DNA from: Tubiluchus corallicola
Lineage: Eukaryota > Animalia > Priapulida
DNA length: 64,000 bases
NCBI GenBank assembly: GCA_030141605.1
Contig: JAQGDQ010000023.1
Location: forward strand, 558,001-622,000
Reading direction: 5' to 3'
In this document: piece after piece, positions 39,901 through 61,400 of the stretch
How positions within the stretch are numbered: the stretch's first letter is position 1
How the letters are laid out: each line of letters starts with the position of its first letter
Position numbers and translations under genes: made by a program
Notes under the pieces: generated by a model
The model's database searches: none
What the model saw: the letters and a program-made list of their open reading frames with translations, nothing else
Told to the model about the DNA's origin: nothing

Positions 39901-42321
39901 AAATAAAATACTAAACTACATTTACATCTATATTTATGTTAATTTTTGTATAGCAAGTCTAGCGTTTCCTGCCGCCCTGTACTGTGTGTCCACTAGCAAC
40001 CCAGTGGTCATAGTTAGTGCTGATACTGGCTCAACTATTTTAGAAAACAGGAGAGCAGACGTAAGTTAGAAATTAATCTTAATAGATAAACACAAGCTGA
40101 AGATTAATCAAAATTAAAATTACTCTAATTAGAGAGAATTAGTTTAGCGTGCGTCATCTAACAGTGAAAATGCTGATTAGGTCAGTATCCTGTAAGGGAG
40201 GAACTTTGTTGACTGTCGTCATCGCTATCGTCATCAAAGACTAGTTTAGCGATCATGGCACCTGCTTTGTAAGCAGAGGCCCTGGTTCAAATATAGATTG
40301 TATGCCAATTTTTCGTATTTCCTGTTTTTCAAGTTATCAGTTTAAGTTAATTGCAGGCTTGTACCATCATCAGTAAATGTTACATTTTTTTGTTTGCGCC
40401 GTATGTCTGTATGATCACAAAAAATTGTTTGAGAGAGAATTGCACTCACAGCGGTTTGTCTGCAGGACGAATTGAGTTTCTTAACCTCCGTTAAGCAACA
40501 AATAATCATATTAAGCCAAGATATTAAATCAACTCCACCGGTCAAGATTCTACTTTACTGACCATGGTAACACCATTAGACGAGAAATTGTTGCTTGGTA
40601 GCGAAATCTATTATGTAAGGCGCAATGAGGAAGTTAAATAATTACAGCAATTAAATATTCTACGGTGTACGGTGCAAAGTGTTTCTACCTGAAACGACTT
40701 AAAGGTTTTGACATGTGGAAAGTGACACGATAAACACGCATTTCAACAAATTAAAAACCTAGAACAACCACTTGTTCAGTATCCAACTAGAGAAAAAATT
40801 AAAAAGCCACTTTTTCTCCATAGTTAGCTAGTGAAAAGTCCTCTATGATGAGTGCACAACTTTCAAACCATTATTAATATTTAAATCACGACTTCCCATA
40901 ATCTAACGGTAACCAGCAAATGTGAAACGTAAAAAGTTATAAAAAATACCTGAAATTTAAATGACTAATCTATACACCAAATTAACATGTGTAACACAAA
41001 AATAGTAAGGAAATTACGTAATAACGGATAATGTAGTAAACGGTTCATTGGAATACTGCACTACTTAGCAGGGAACAATCAGCGCTGACGTCTGATGGCG
41101 CTGTGTCTGTTACATGGTGAAATAGCTGCACACGATGGCAGCAAACATTATTTATCACTGAAACAGTATATGTTAATTTACATGGCAAGTTAGTGGCGGA
41201 GGTAAAGAGCCTGCGATTTATGCGAATGACATGGGTTCCATACTTGCTCAGGAGAGTATCATTGATATTTTTTAATAATAACATTATAATTAAAAAACAA
41301 CAATATAATATACATATGTTACCTTATAATAAAAATAATTTCGTTCAGGATATAGTCCGGGCGCTTGGGCCAAGAAACAGCCGTACTGGAGTTGAAACCG
41401 CGACCTCCGAGGTGGAAAGCGAGCATGCTACGAATGAGCTACACCAACATTGGCTGTTTATCTCGTAGAATGAGGGTGTACATATGTCCGCACGTGGCTG
41501 ATGCACCTCAGCTTGTTCAGTGGCTTATTTTAGAGGGTTGTCATTGATAATGATGTCAAACAAGCCTTCTGGCAAGTATGCTGAGGTGTATTAAGTTTAG
41601 ATGTGCGGCCATTATATAAAAAGAAAATGAGTTAAAATGAAATGCACGTGAGATATAGAAGCCAGACACGTACAGGACTCTCAGCGATCACACAAAACTG
41701 CACGAGAATATAAGCAGGTGCTAGTAAGAAATTCCATAATGAAGCAGTTCTGGGAAAAGATGTAAATATGCGTGCTGTCAGGCGTCAAGTATGTCTAATG
41801 TTCAAGAAACTATAAGCGTAATTATATGCATTTATATGTGGCGCACATAATTTCATCGTCTGTTCCGATTCATTTAAATCTTTTTTTCAGGTACTAATAA
41901 AGAGCCCATGCACGAAGAACAATTCAGGGGCAATGGATACGATAAAATACAGCATTTATTCGAAATGTGTTTGCAGAATTACGCCTTCGTGGTGTTAGAC
42001 AACGCTTTCCTCGTACACAAGGGTATCGTAACAGACAAGGAGAGCTATCGAAAAAAGTACGGCGCAAATATAGAGCAAAACAAGCCACTTTTTGATGATT
42101 ATGTCAAAAGGATGATATCAAAATACAAGTACTATCATCGAGATTTAGTGAGAAGTTGTACAGCAAAGAAATCAAAAGACGAAGATTCGCTAGGCTTCTT
42201 TGTAGGAAAATTTAAATTTCTTAACAAGGTAGCTAAAACGTCAACAAATGCATTACAAACTGGGAGCAACAATTGGACTATAAATAAGACGAATACTCAT
42301 ACTGGGAAAACCGATTTTTGA
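36935..42321 (+). CDS. B4GAT1: Beta-1,4-glucuronyltransferase 1-like (GT49) type II membrane glycosyltransferase, ~524 aa
   Basis: Exons 36935-37951, 38480-38606, 41891-42321. N-terminal TM; TIATQ, FDGPISAAIY, YPINVGRNTAR, VDIE, AYVIPLFEI, CEECH, WEPVYIG, EQFRGNGYDK, FVVLDNAFLVH. Ortholog versus paralog cannot be resolved from this window. Confidence 0.85.
39007..39100. repeat. 31-bp tandem repeat x3, probably inside an old DNA-transposon remnant (~38620-39562)
   Basis: Unit tccaactttaccatgaaggcctaggttaatg; flanking aatgtcgaaca and tgtccgacatt motifs are in inverted orientation. Confidence 0.75.
41270..41450 (-). mobile_element. tRNA-derived SINE (family A-related)
   Basis: The reverse complement has head ggtgtagctcattcgtagcatgctcgctttccacctcggaggtcgcggtttcaac. 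Confidence 0.6.
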
Positions 42322-42517
42322 TGTTAAATAATGTCTTGCATAACATTTAAACGTGTACAAAGGAGTGTGTATTGCCAAGAAAGTATTATCTCTGAAAGTC
42401 CACGAGACAAACCGTGTAATCCCCTGTGCAAATAGGATAACTAATTGCAACGCTATTCAGTTTTCATTTGACATACGTTTTACATGTGTTTTAATAATAT
42501 TTATATGAGAATTGGGA

Positions 42518-42645
42518 CCCTGGTGACACGTGACCTGGGTTGAATTGTGCAGCCCCGTGACACGTGTTGAATTGTGTGGCCCCTATTGACATGTGACCTA
42601 GGTTGAATTGTGCACCCCCTTGACAAGTGACACGGGTTGAATTGC
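42518..42645. repeat. Short degenerate tandem repeat, about 4 copies
   Basis: Core tgacacgtgacctgggttgaattgtgc repeats. Confidence 0.8.
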
Positions 42646-43967
42646 ATTTATTTCTTAATCGCCTGGTTATAGAGGTTATAACAATAGCTGTTGTTCACAA
42701 ACAAAATTACATTGTGGGATGCATTAATCTATATATAGGTTTTTCCATAGTCCATAATCAAACAAATATGACCCAATATCTTAGTATGTTATAAGTAAAT
42801 GGTAATTAACACTGAGAAAAAGCATTTTTATATACTACTGCACAAAGCACGAATGAACATCATTACAAGTTGGTGCGATTAATCGCATCATCAGGTTCCA
42901 AATAACGTAAAACTTGCTTGTATGGGATTCACGTCATCTTGAAATTTTGAGTAAGTATCTGCACCAGAAAATTGAACGAGGAATTGCTATTATTTCACTT
43001 ATGTGGTCACAGCAACGATGACAACAAAGAATGACATCACCATTACTGCCACTTCCACATCTTTAAAGTCACCATCATCATCATCATTACCATCATCATA
43101 CACCACCACCATCATCGTCAACGTCATCATCATCATCGATGCTACCGTCCGGATCAGGATTACTGTCGACATCATTGCCATAACTACCAAATAACACTGC
43201 TATCAAACAAAATGAGAGCCTTCACGGTCCCTTTAATTCTGCTTTATTGAAGCTTAAACTACACACTAGTGTGTTACGGTGCAGTTCTTAACTTATAGCA
43301 GTTTTGATAACAGATGAAAGAGTGGCTTGCACTTGTTATGTTAACCAGCTTACTGGCCTCACTTTGACAAAATACTTTATTAATAATATCACACAACAGC
43401 TTATTTATCAAAATTTATTTATTTACTAAACTTCAGTAAAATTTAACTATCACATCTCATCACTAAAGCACGATTAATAAATTTAATAAAAAATAACTTA
43501 TTTGTAAATATAGACATAAAATTTTTTCTGAATAAATTGAAAATTTGTAAAAAATAATCAGTACGATACATTAAATGAGTTATGAAAATCAGTCAACTTA
43601 CTATTTTTATTATTTCAAAAAATAAGAGATGAGCACAAGGTCAGAATAGAGAATTTGTCCAAGTTCAAGATTGGGTATACCGAAGAACCACAAGTGACAG
43701 AATCATGCTAGGCTACCTATTGCTGTGTGTTTGGCTCTTGAAAGTATCCAAATGTTTGAAGCTGTGGTCAATTCACTGTGCTCAGCAGCGATTGGTCAAG
43801 TTTCGAACTTGTCTGAATCAAGACAATAATTACTGTTACTTGGATTCTTGCTCACCATTCATAAGCAAACACAGGTTAATGCTAAGAGTTACAAAACAAT
43901 AAGTTTGTGAAAGACCTACAAAGTGACTAAAAAGCCTATAACATTTTCTCTAGAGCATCTCAGCCTC

Positions 43968-52216
<8,249 letters not shown>

Positions 52217-53004
52217 TTTGTGACCTAGACAGAACAAGTGTGAAAAATGCAATGCACTGAATGTCTCACATATCGTCTTTATACATTGACGGTTTGTAGG
52301 CATGTGTCTATTAATGCAAAAGAAAGAGTGTGGCAATGCCAAGTCAACAGTTTTATTGCAATACAGTCCTATAGCTATGTAGGCAAGGTGTATTAGGCCT
52401 AGTCTTCTGTTTTGAACTTTACTGATCAATGACCAATGAACATGCCTTTATTCAAATTCTTTGTAAAGAATTTGTAATGGCTCACAAAGTTTTTTCGACT
52501 GAATCCTCATTCAATTTAATTCTTAATTTTGATAAACACGTACAGCAGGAAAGTCTCCATTGTTTTAAGGCGACAGTTATAATAGGTTTGAAATATGGGT
52601 GCAAGGTCAAATGTAAAGCTATCATTAATTTGTGGGAGAAAAGCCCACTTAAACTCTACAAGTGCACTTACAGTGTAACTTCCTGTGGCTCCTAAAACTA
52701 GATTTGGTTAAAGTTGTTGAACATTTTTACTTAACTGAATTATACCAGTTGTTTTTGGCTTGCAAGGTTTTAAAGCATGTTCTAAGGCGATTCATTGGTG
52801 TTTCACTCAGTATACTGAGAATACAGCCTAGCTATCTCAATATTTGGAGTTTGACTTTTGAACTAAAAGGAATTTTTTTGTTCTAGTTCATAATTTTGAT
52901 TTTTGAAATTTAATTTAGAAGACCATGCTTATCTTTAAAACTTTCCTTAGGAGACTTCTATGAAATGTGTCAAATGTCAATCTGCTTTTCCTGAGTAATC
53001 GCAA

Positions 53005-53420
53005 CATCGTCATCATCACCATCATCATCTGTGTGCTTCTGTTTTAAAGCATGGAATGTTCTACCTGCCGATGTCAGGTGCTATTGTCAGCCTTCACTAG
53101 GGCCTACCCACGATGCATCATCCCTCAAATCTACGGTATTTGCCAAAAATCTTCTTGCAGTGTTTCTATATACGTACGTAGCTGACTCTCTTCAATTTTT
53201 TGTCGTTTCAAGAGTTCTACGTAATGCAGTTAGTACAGGAAGAGGAGATTCTTGAGGTAAACTTAGTGCATGCCCAATCCAATGCAATCTACTTGGATTT
53301 GTTTACTTCAAGGGTCCTCTCTTTCACAACATCATACAGATCATGATTAGATATTCTGTCTCCGGCGTTTTCTGTAGATACGTCTTTGAAAAGCTTCAAT
53401 TTCCTTCTGCTGTTCGCATC
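53005..53420 (-). mobile_element. RTE-clade LINE 3' fragment
   Basis: The minus strand reads RLHWIGHALSLP (RTE-type WxGH motif) and ends in a (GAT)n tail. Confidence 0.65.
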
Positions 53421-53499
53421 CACAAAATTATAACCAGGCAACATGGGTCATCTAAGCGTGTCAATCATGTGCAATGGCAAATAAAAAGCGAAAATTACC

Positions 53500-54675
53500 C
53501 GCATTAGCTACATAGGGCAAAGTAGGGCGCGGGATACGCCACTAGCCAAAGTATGACACTTCCGCAAACCGCATGTGCTAAATTTGCGGACAAGCGTACA
53601 TGGGCAGCTCAAAAAGGGCACTGGCGATTTTTGTCGAGAATCGAGAATTATGACATATAAAACTAAATTCGTTTTAGAAAGAAAGTAACTATATAATAAT
53701 GATGGATGATCCTTCGCAATTTACAAATGTATTTTTACAATAATATCAACATTATTATTATTAGCTCCATTAATATCATCATAACCTTATACTAAGTATT
53801 TAATGTTTTAACGAGAGAAACTATGTAGGGCACACAGCTCGCTAGCCCATTCACTTAGTAGAAAATAATTATTTGTCCAAGAGGTAGTAAACTGATCACC
53901 TGTCCCTGAAGCAAGACAAAATAAAAAACGACATACCTTAAACAAATATTGGAATCACCTAAAAAGCGGGCTTATTTCACTTCAAAAATATTAACATCGA
54001 AGCCAAATTATAATTGGCCGTTCTAGTAGCTCAAAATAAGATTTTTTCATTTTATCAATTCTTCAACATGTATTGACGTTTGCAATTATTATTATTAAAT
54101 AAACAAGGACAACAGACGTTGCCAATACAGTTAACGACTCAATTCGTGACCTGTCTCTAGTCTAGTAGGGGTGAGCATCGAACGTTCGAGTTCGAACGAG
54201 TTTTTTAGTTCGAACTCGATTCGAATCCAAAACTATAGGTTCGAATAATTCAACACTTCAATCACATATGTTCTTTATCACTAAAACGATTGAAACATCA
54301 TGCAATTAACATAATTTAGCTGTGATTTCTGTGCCCAATTTTAAAAGTGATATGCATGATCTTTGTAAGACTAATTTTTACTGGTGGTTCGAAAACTTGT
54401 TCGAAAATCTTTCAATCTCAATTCAAAGTCGGTTCTAATTCGAAACACTGAAGTTCGATTCGAATTCGAAAGCCACAAATTCGGTTCGATCGAATCCGCT
54501 TTCTGGTAGAGAATGCTCACCCCTACTCTCTAGTGTCTTATTTGGGCAGCCTATGCACGACGCGTCTTACTTGGGCTAGCCCATGTACGCCAATTGTCCA
54601 ACTTTGGCTAGTGTCCTACTCCGCTCCTAACATGTAATTATAAGTTTCCTAAAGAATTTGTAATTTAATGTCATG
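53500..54675. promoter_or_regulatory. Putative bidirectional promoter region for the racemase (-) and COQ3/LRRC42 (+)
   Basis: Lies between divergent genes whose first coding exons both start just after a splice acceptor; CpG-richer than the flanks; candidate UTR donors at 53498 or 53936 (-) and 54675 (+). Confidence 0.55.
54166..54525. mobile_element. hAT-type MITE with subterminal TTCGAA arrays
   Basis: Perfect 13-bp TIRs taggggtgagcat / atgctcaccccta; flanks share tctag/tctctag; many ttcga(a) motifs near both ends. Confidence 0.85.
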
Positions 54676-55001
54676 TAAGTTGTGTTTTGATTATTATGAA
54701 TTTGTCTATTTATGCTGAACGTAGACGTGTAATTCAATCGCACAATCGGTTTTTTATTTCGACTTGTATATGGTGACATTTTAAGTTTCTGGAGTGACTG
54801 AGTTTCATGATCTGTATAGTTTGATGATGAAAGCATTATCTGATTGCTTGGCCAGAAGCTATTACCATTGAATTTGGTTACCGATATCTTCAGGAGCCCT
54901 TTTTACCATAATGCTGTTACAATGTGATAAATTTATTTTTGCTTCGTTTCGTTTGACAGGTGTATTTCTGAACAGCGCTTAAGTAAAGAATTGAAGTAAA
55001 T

Positions 55002-55901
55002 ATGATTCACACATCAAAGGCATTTCGTTTTTCGTGCTGTGTGAAGTTGTTTTTTAGACACTTGCAATTTCCAAAAACTAATTTATTTTGTTTTTGCACA
55101 TCAGCAAAATATTTCACCTTTGATGACCAAAAGTTAACTACTGATGATGCTGAATTACGCAACTTTAGGAAACTTTCTGAGAATTGGTGGGACGAAAATG
55201 GCTCTTTACGGGCTTTGCATTCTATGAACAGACTAAGAGTGCCATTAATAAGAGATGGTGTGTTAAGTGGCTCAATGCCAAAATTTCCGTCTCAGCCTTT
55301 AAAAGATTTAGCTATTGTAGATGTTGGTTGTGGGGCTGGCATTCTTACAGAACCATTGGCAAGACTAGGCGCTTCAGTCACTGGATTGGATGCAGTCGAG
55401 GATAGCATTACTGCTGCAAATTATCATGCACAGTTTGATCCATCAATTTTTAATAGAATTCAGTATCAACATAGCACTGCCGAAATATTAGCAGAAGAAC
55501 TTCCAGAATCTTTTGATGCTGTTGTAGCATCTGAAGTAGTGGAACATGTTCGAGAACAGGATTATTTCGTTCAGTCTTGCTGTGACCTTATAAAGCCTGG
55601 CGGGTCACTGTTTTTTACAACTGTCAATCGAACATTTTTGTCAAAAGTTTTTGCTGTTCAGTTGGCGGAAATGCTGAACTATTTACCACCTGGAACACAT
55701 GATTGGGAAAAATTTGTTTCTGTGTCTGAACTGAAAAAGATGGTTGAGACTAATGGATGCATTGTCCGTCTTGTGCATGGAATGATGTACAATCCATTGA
55801 TTAATCGTTGGTCATGGATTCGTGATTGTAGTATTAATTATGCTATACATGCCATTAAGCCCATGTCCCAGGATGTCACTCCTGAAGATTGTCCCGTATA
55901 A
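55002..55901 (+). CDS. COQ3: Ubiquinone biosynthesis O-methyltransferase, mitochondrial; intronless CDS, 299 aa
   Basis: WWDENG..LHSMNRLRV, SAM motif VDVGCGAG, LARLGA.V.GLD, FDAVVASEVVEHV, KPGG.LFFTT.NRT, PPGTHDWEKF; basic N-terminal presequence; acceptor ending 54959; AATAAA at 56022-56027. Confidence 0.97.
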   Translation: MIHTSKAFRFSCCVKLFFRHLQFPKTNLFCFCTSAKYFTFDDQKLTTDDAELRNFRKLSENWWDENGSLRALHSMNRLRVPLIRDGVLSGSMPKFPSQPLKDLAIVDVGCGAGILTEPLARLGASVTGLDAVEDSITAANYHAQFDPSIFNRIQYQHSTAEILAEELPESFDAVVASEVVEHVREQDYFVQSCCDLIKPGGSLFFTTVNRTFLSKVFAVQLAEMLNYLPPGTHDWEKFVSVSELKKMVETNGCIVRLVHGMMYNPLINRWSWIRDCSINYAIHAIKPMSQDVTPEDCPV

Positions 55902-58476
55902 ATTATTAGATTACTTTCCATCGTTCAGTGAAATAAGTTACTTTATGGCTTCTTGAAACCCGAATTTCTGCAAATCAATACCAGTTGAAAGCAAACTAAC
56001 TAACTGTAATTTTTTTTGTTTAATAAATCATGTCACATTCTTTTGCCTGGAAACTTTATGTTTCAGAAAAATGTATCCAGTATTGGTGTCGCCACCTACA
56101 AATGTTAGTTCTGGTATCAAAAAAAAACAGAAGTATTGTACTACAATGTTTTCAAAGCATTTAACCTTCAGTATCAAGAATTTTTTTACAGCTGCCATCA
56201 TTAACCATTGTTCAGCTTCTCAGTATGTAGAACTACACATAGTTAATTATTGAGCTAAATGGAGTGATAGGGTGGCAAGGCAATGATAATTAGTAAACCT
56301 TTGCCAAAAAGATCTGATAAAAGTATAACAATTAGAGTGGTTAGAGTGTTGAAAGTTTATTGAAAATAAAGAGTAACGTAACATCTATTCTTCATCTTTA
56401 GCAAAACAGTACAAATTTTTGTATGATTAATTTGTTTTTATGTAACATTTATATTTATATTTTATATTTTAGCAAAATTTGCTTTTATATTGTACTGTTT
56501 TTGTTTACAAAACTAACAGTGATCTACTCCCTACATACTTCAAGAATCCTGCAATTAAGAATGTCAAATCACACACTACTAGATATAATGGCTACCATCT
56601 CCATTACTGTAGAACCAATGCAGTATAATCTACTTATGATGAGGCCTGTTATAATGAGCCTCTGGTTTTTTTACAAATAAATTTTCAAAGTCCCATCTAA
56701 CCTTAGGCTTAAATAATGTATTTAAACCTTGCTTACAGCGAGCACGATATTACAAGATCTTGCTTACTATGAGGGAATTTTACCGCCCCGTGATTGTAAC
56801 ATGAGCACGAGTTCCAAAATAATTGGCTATGGCAAATCGGCACCACTTGCCAATGACAAAAAGGTCACCGTATCCGGTAGGGATTAATTTACTGATCATG
56901 CACAAAACAATGTGTATCAAGTACAGCACTTGCGGACGGCCCTAGTAGGCCTGCATCAGTTGCGCTGCTGTAATTGTAACAAAGTCAAAATGAAGTGGGC
57001 CTAGTGATTCAGATGCAGAAAAATTACCAGTTTGTCAGCATGTTAGAATGAGTGATGCAGTTGAAGCCTTTGCTAAACTTCAGCATTTTTTGTGTTTTCA
57101 CCTGGTAACTGATAATGACATACCTTTCAAAACTAGGCAACCTCTTGAACAAAGCTGATGCAATTTAATGTGAACCAGGCAAAAATAAACAAGTTTGTAA
57201 AAAATTAACTGTGCTGTTTTGCAAACTAAATAATTCCGAATGATTTTACATTAAGCAATTCATACATAGGCTAGCTATCATATTCAGATTGTAGGCTTAG
57301 TTATTAGCTAACATATGTCCATGCAGAAACGTTCGTAATCATAAATCATATTGTACTTGCACAGCTATTTAAGTAAAAAACAGACATGTTGGTGTCTACA
57401 CTACGATTAAACTGATAACAACTAGTCATGTTTTTCAGTTTCCACCCATCAGACATCCAGGGACGCAGCTAAATAACTATACTGTAAACCCACTTAAAAA
57501 CACACTCAGCTGTCAGAAGATGACAAAATGAATCACAGCAGTGGTATAACTTAGAAAAGCAACTCCCACAGTGGTTTTGTGCAGGGATTTGCATAAAATA
57601 TTGATGTAATCCTAGGTTAAGAAACTTGTGCCAGTCTCAAAAGAAAATATTTTTTATCATGACATTAAATCCACCTTATAGGTTTCATTTCAATCTTGTG
57701 TATACTCTCAGACAATTAACCTCGGCTATAACAAGACTCCATTAAAGTGAGCACGTTTTCACAGTCCCTTGAAACTCGTTAGAAGCGGATTATACTGTAT
57801 TGCAAAACATTTCATTAGCTATAGGGGACCTAAACTGTAAAACTCATTACCCCTCAATGTAAAAAGCTAGTATAATGTTTACCATTTCAAAATCAGCAAG
57901 TAAACAATATCTGTCTGCTACTTACATGTTGTTCCTGTGTGACATAGCAATCATAACCTTGTGTGCCCAAGTAGAATCTAGAGCACTTTCTGATCTCACT
58001 TAATGGAATATTCCCAACTCTCTCTTCCTGTCTTTTTGAACATTTGTTTATCTGTCATTTCTATTCTACTGTCATTTCATTTTACACAATTTGTTCCTTT
58101 GTAGACTGCCTAATACTCTTGTTTTTGTTCGTTTTTTTCAATTATGCAGATGTGCAGACAAGCTTTACTTCTGGTTCTTGCCATTAATGATAAATGCATG
58201 TTGTCATATCATAATCAGTATCGTTTCAAATTACCAGGTAAACAATATCTGTGTGCTACTTAAATATTGTTCCATAACCTATATTTTAACTCGTTAATAT
58301 TAACTGCATACTTTTTCAATGTTTCCATAAATTGCATAATTGCATTTACTTACTTTCCAACATTGTGTCGTATTTCTCAGAAACAGGCTGAAGTTATATT
58401 CAATGCAGAGTCAAATTATCAATCAGCTGTATCTCGATATGTTTTTTCAAGTTGTTTTACAGTTTGAAATGACCAA

Positions 58477-61400
58477 ATGTCTGACAGAATGGAGGTAAAA
58501 TACAGTCCCTGTAGCTTGTACTCAACAGCAGTTGAATTTGCTGGTTTAAATGCCATTCACATTGACTCATTAATTGGCTTTCCTGATCGGGTAGGTTGAG
58601 CAACGTTGTAATTAAATCTCTTACAGTCGATATTTTTTTAAGTTGCACTTATTTATTTTTGACATTTATTCTGTGCATATATATATGTTTACTAGAGTGC
58701 ATGCAAGAGCTGATCGGTGGTCATTTATCAATGAAAGGAAACCAGTTATAGGCACTTGGAGAGTATACTTGATGATGTCATTGAAGCATGTGATAAAAAT
58801 AGCAAACCAGTTAATTTACAGAAATCACGTATTTGATTGAGTTTACCTTTCTTCCTAATTTGCTTTTGTATATAAATTTGCTATGCAGCTGCTTGATCTG
58901 TGACAATTTCATAATGAACTATGATGATGATGATGCTTTCCATTGTTTCACAGTAAGAACTTTGCTGGACAGGGACAGTAATTTCCTGCTTGCAATAGTC
59001 TCTTTACTGGAAGTGTTTTTGTCATTTTTTTATCTGTTATTTTTGTGTACATTATAATAAAATTCCAAACGGCTATTATTAATGAAGACTTAGAGGAAAG
59101 TTTGTGCGAAATTAATGCCTTCGTATTGCCTTTTAGTTTCAAGTATCTTAGTTCACCAGACTAAGTTGCATCCATGTTTGAAAAAATTAAAGGTTGTATT
59201 ACCAGATTATTTTTTTATTATTTTCTGTCAGCATAGGTAAATTTCAGCAGATTAATAATTTTGCTTATCTCCTTTATGAGTTCAACTTACATACTTACAG
59301 CTACAAAAAAGTGCAGGCTGTTTTGGGTATTTGGCTTTCGATGTAAGTTTTCACTGCCATAACAAACTTTCACATTGCCCCCTATTCTAAATCTCATTTA
59401 CAAAACATTGTTATATTAGGCAGGTAAGGACATATTTAATGTTGCCGTCAAATCAGGAATAATGTCCTGTCCTGACCAACTATGCCAGAAATGTCTGCGA
59501 TTATTTTCAGATGCATATGCAGAACAGTTGTTAAGGTAAGGCATGATTTCAGTACCTATAACTTCATCGTAGGAGGTTAGAATTTACCATAAAGTAACAG
59601 TGGACTATTCTGCAGACTATGACAGAGACCATTTTTTTCACTTTCCAGTATAGCCGCAATTGTGTATCATCACTACTCTAGTAATTTTCTTTAAAAATGT
59701 TGGCGCATTATGATCTGGGGTTATTGTTAGGAAAGGGTTAGGGTTTGTGCATTTAAATTGTGTGGGGAATTGTAAACTTCTCCCCCCTCTATCTTTTTTT
59801 GAGGAAATCCATAGAGAAACCCGTTTGGCTAATTCCAATATGGCCAGTACTCACAATCCGAGTATCACATGCAATTAGCAAATGTGCAATTAGATATATA
59901 AATTCAAGTCGGAGAACCAAGTCCAAACACATAGCACAAGTGTTTCTTTTCTTGTTTGTAAAAGTTTAATGTATGCATTGCACTGGTTATCTAACATTTT
60001 GTTTAGATTTTGGTTGTCTTTTTTTCAGCAAATTGAACCTCAGCTCACGTCTTCTTGTAATAGATGAATATTTAGATCAGTTGGCAGAATTCAAGTATTT
60101 GACAGAACTCAACGTCGCAGGTTGTCAGTTTGGGGACAGTCATGATATCATTACTCACATATCAACTATGAAATGGCAAGACATATTCTCAAGTTCTTGA
60201 TATGATAAGGAATAATCCTAGAAATGCAATATAAAATTAAAAATGCATTGCTGTATGTACGTTTCGAAGGTTCAACTGTAAATTATGTGAATAACGCGTC
60301 TGTTCACAGTAAAATTGTTGTCATAGTAGCTTAAGTTTTGTTTTTGTTAAGCGATTTTTTTATTGCAATAAATGCTGAATGTTTTTGATCGATTATAGTG
60401 TTTATTTATGAAGCCTAAAATGGCTAATGGGTATGAAGACTTAGACTTCTGTAGTCGCAATGAAGAATGCATCAATAATAAAAGGATACATATGTGAACA
60501 TTTGGCTAACTCTGCTATTATGTATAATATTACAGTTTGACTTCTTTGTGCCTTTGTGATACTGCTCTGAGCGATAGAGGAATACAAAAGCTAACAACTC
60601 CTTTGCGAATGGGCTACTCTGGGCCAAGTGCTATTACATATTTAGATATTTGCAGTAAGTATGGAAGACTATACTGGAGCTTAATCGTTTTGTCTGTGGT
60701 TTGTGGGTAATACAAGATGGGCAATGCGTGACTTTCATACTAGCTGTAGATTTTTTTAAATTTTTTATTAAGTTAACATGTAGCATGTTATTTGAATTAG
60801 AAACTAGTAGCTTACTAGAAAATTCCGGTAGATTAGAACATTGCAGATGGTACAGTCTAGTGGTAATGCGTCTGCTTTCCATCTGGGAGGTCTTGAGTTC
60901 ATACCGAAAGTTTTAAGAATGCCTGGCATGTGGTATTTGGAGTAAAAGCAGGGTAATAATAATATAAGTTATGTAGTTGTAGGTTTGTTGTTTACAGCTC
61001 TTTCAGGTTATATTAATTGTTCATCCAAAAGATTATTATTATTATTATCATCATCATCATCATTATTATTATTACTCTGACCAGCTGTATATTATAAGGT
61101 GCTACTATACATTTCTGGTATGTGGTAATATGATGCTACCAAGTTTAATTGGTGTTTAATTAATACAGTTTTGGGATTTAATCTGATTTTCCTTTAGTAG
61201 ATTTTAATACACAGGAATACTAAATATTGATATTCTGTTTTATTAGACTGATACATATCAATATGTAATAAAAAAAGAAGAAGCATTTTTATAATCTTGC
61301 ACCAGTGCATCCACAATTTTCTATATAGATATTTTTTCGTAAATTTCGGGGCTTGCTGAAATTTCAATAATGCTATAAATGAATATCTTGTGGATTTTTT

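Noticed and set aside
42307-42321. C-terminal KTDF as a KDEL-like retrieval signal
   Set aside because: Lacks the penultimate Glu; too weak a match.
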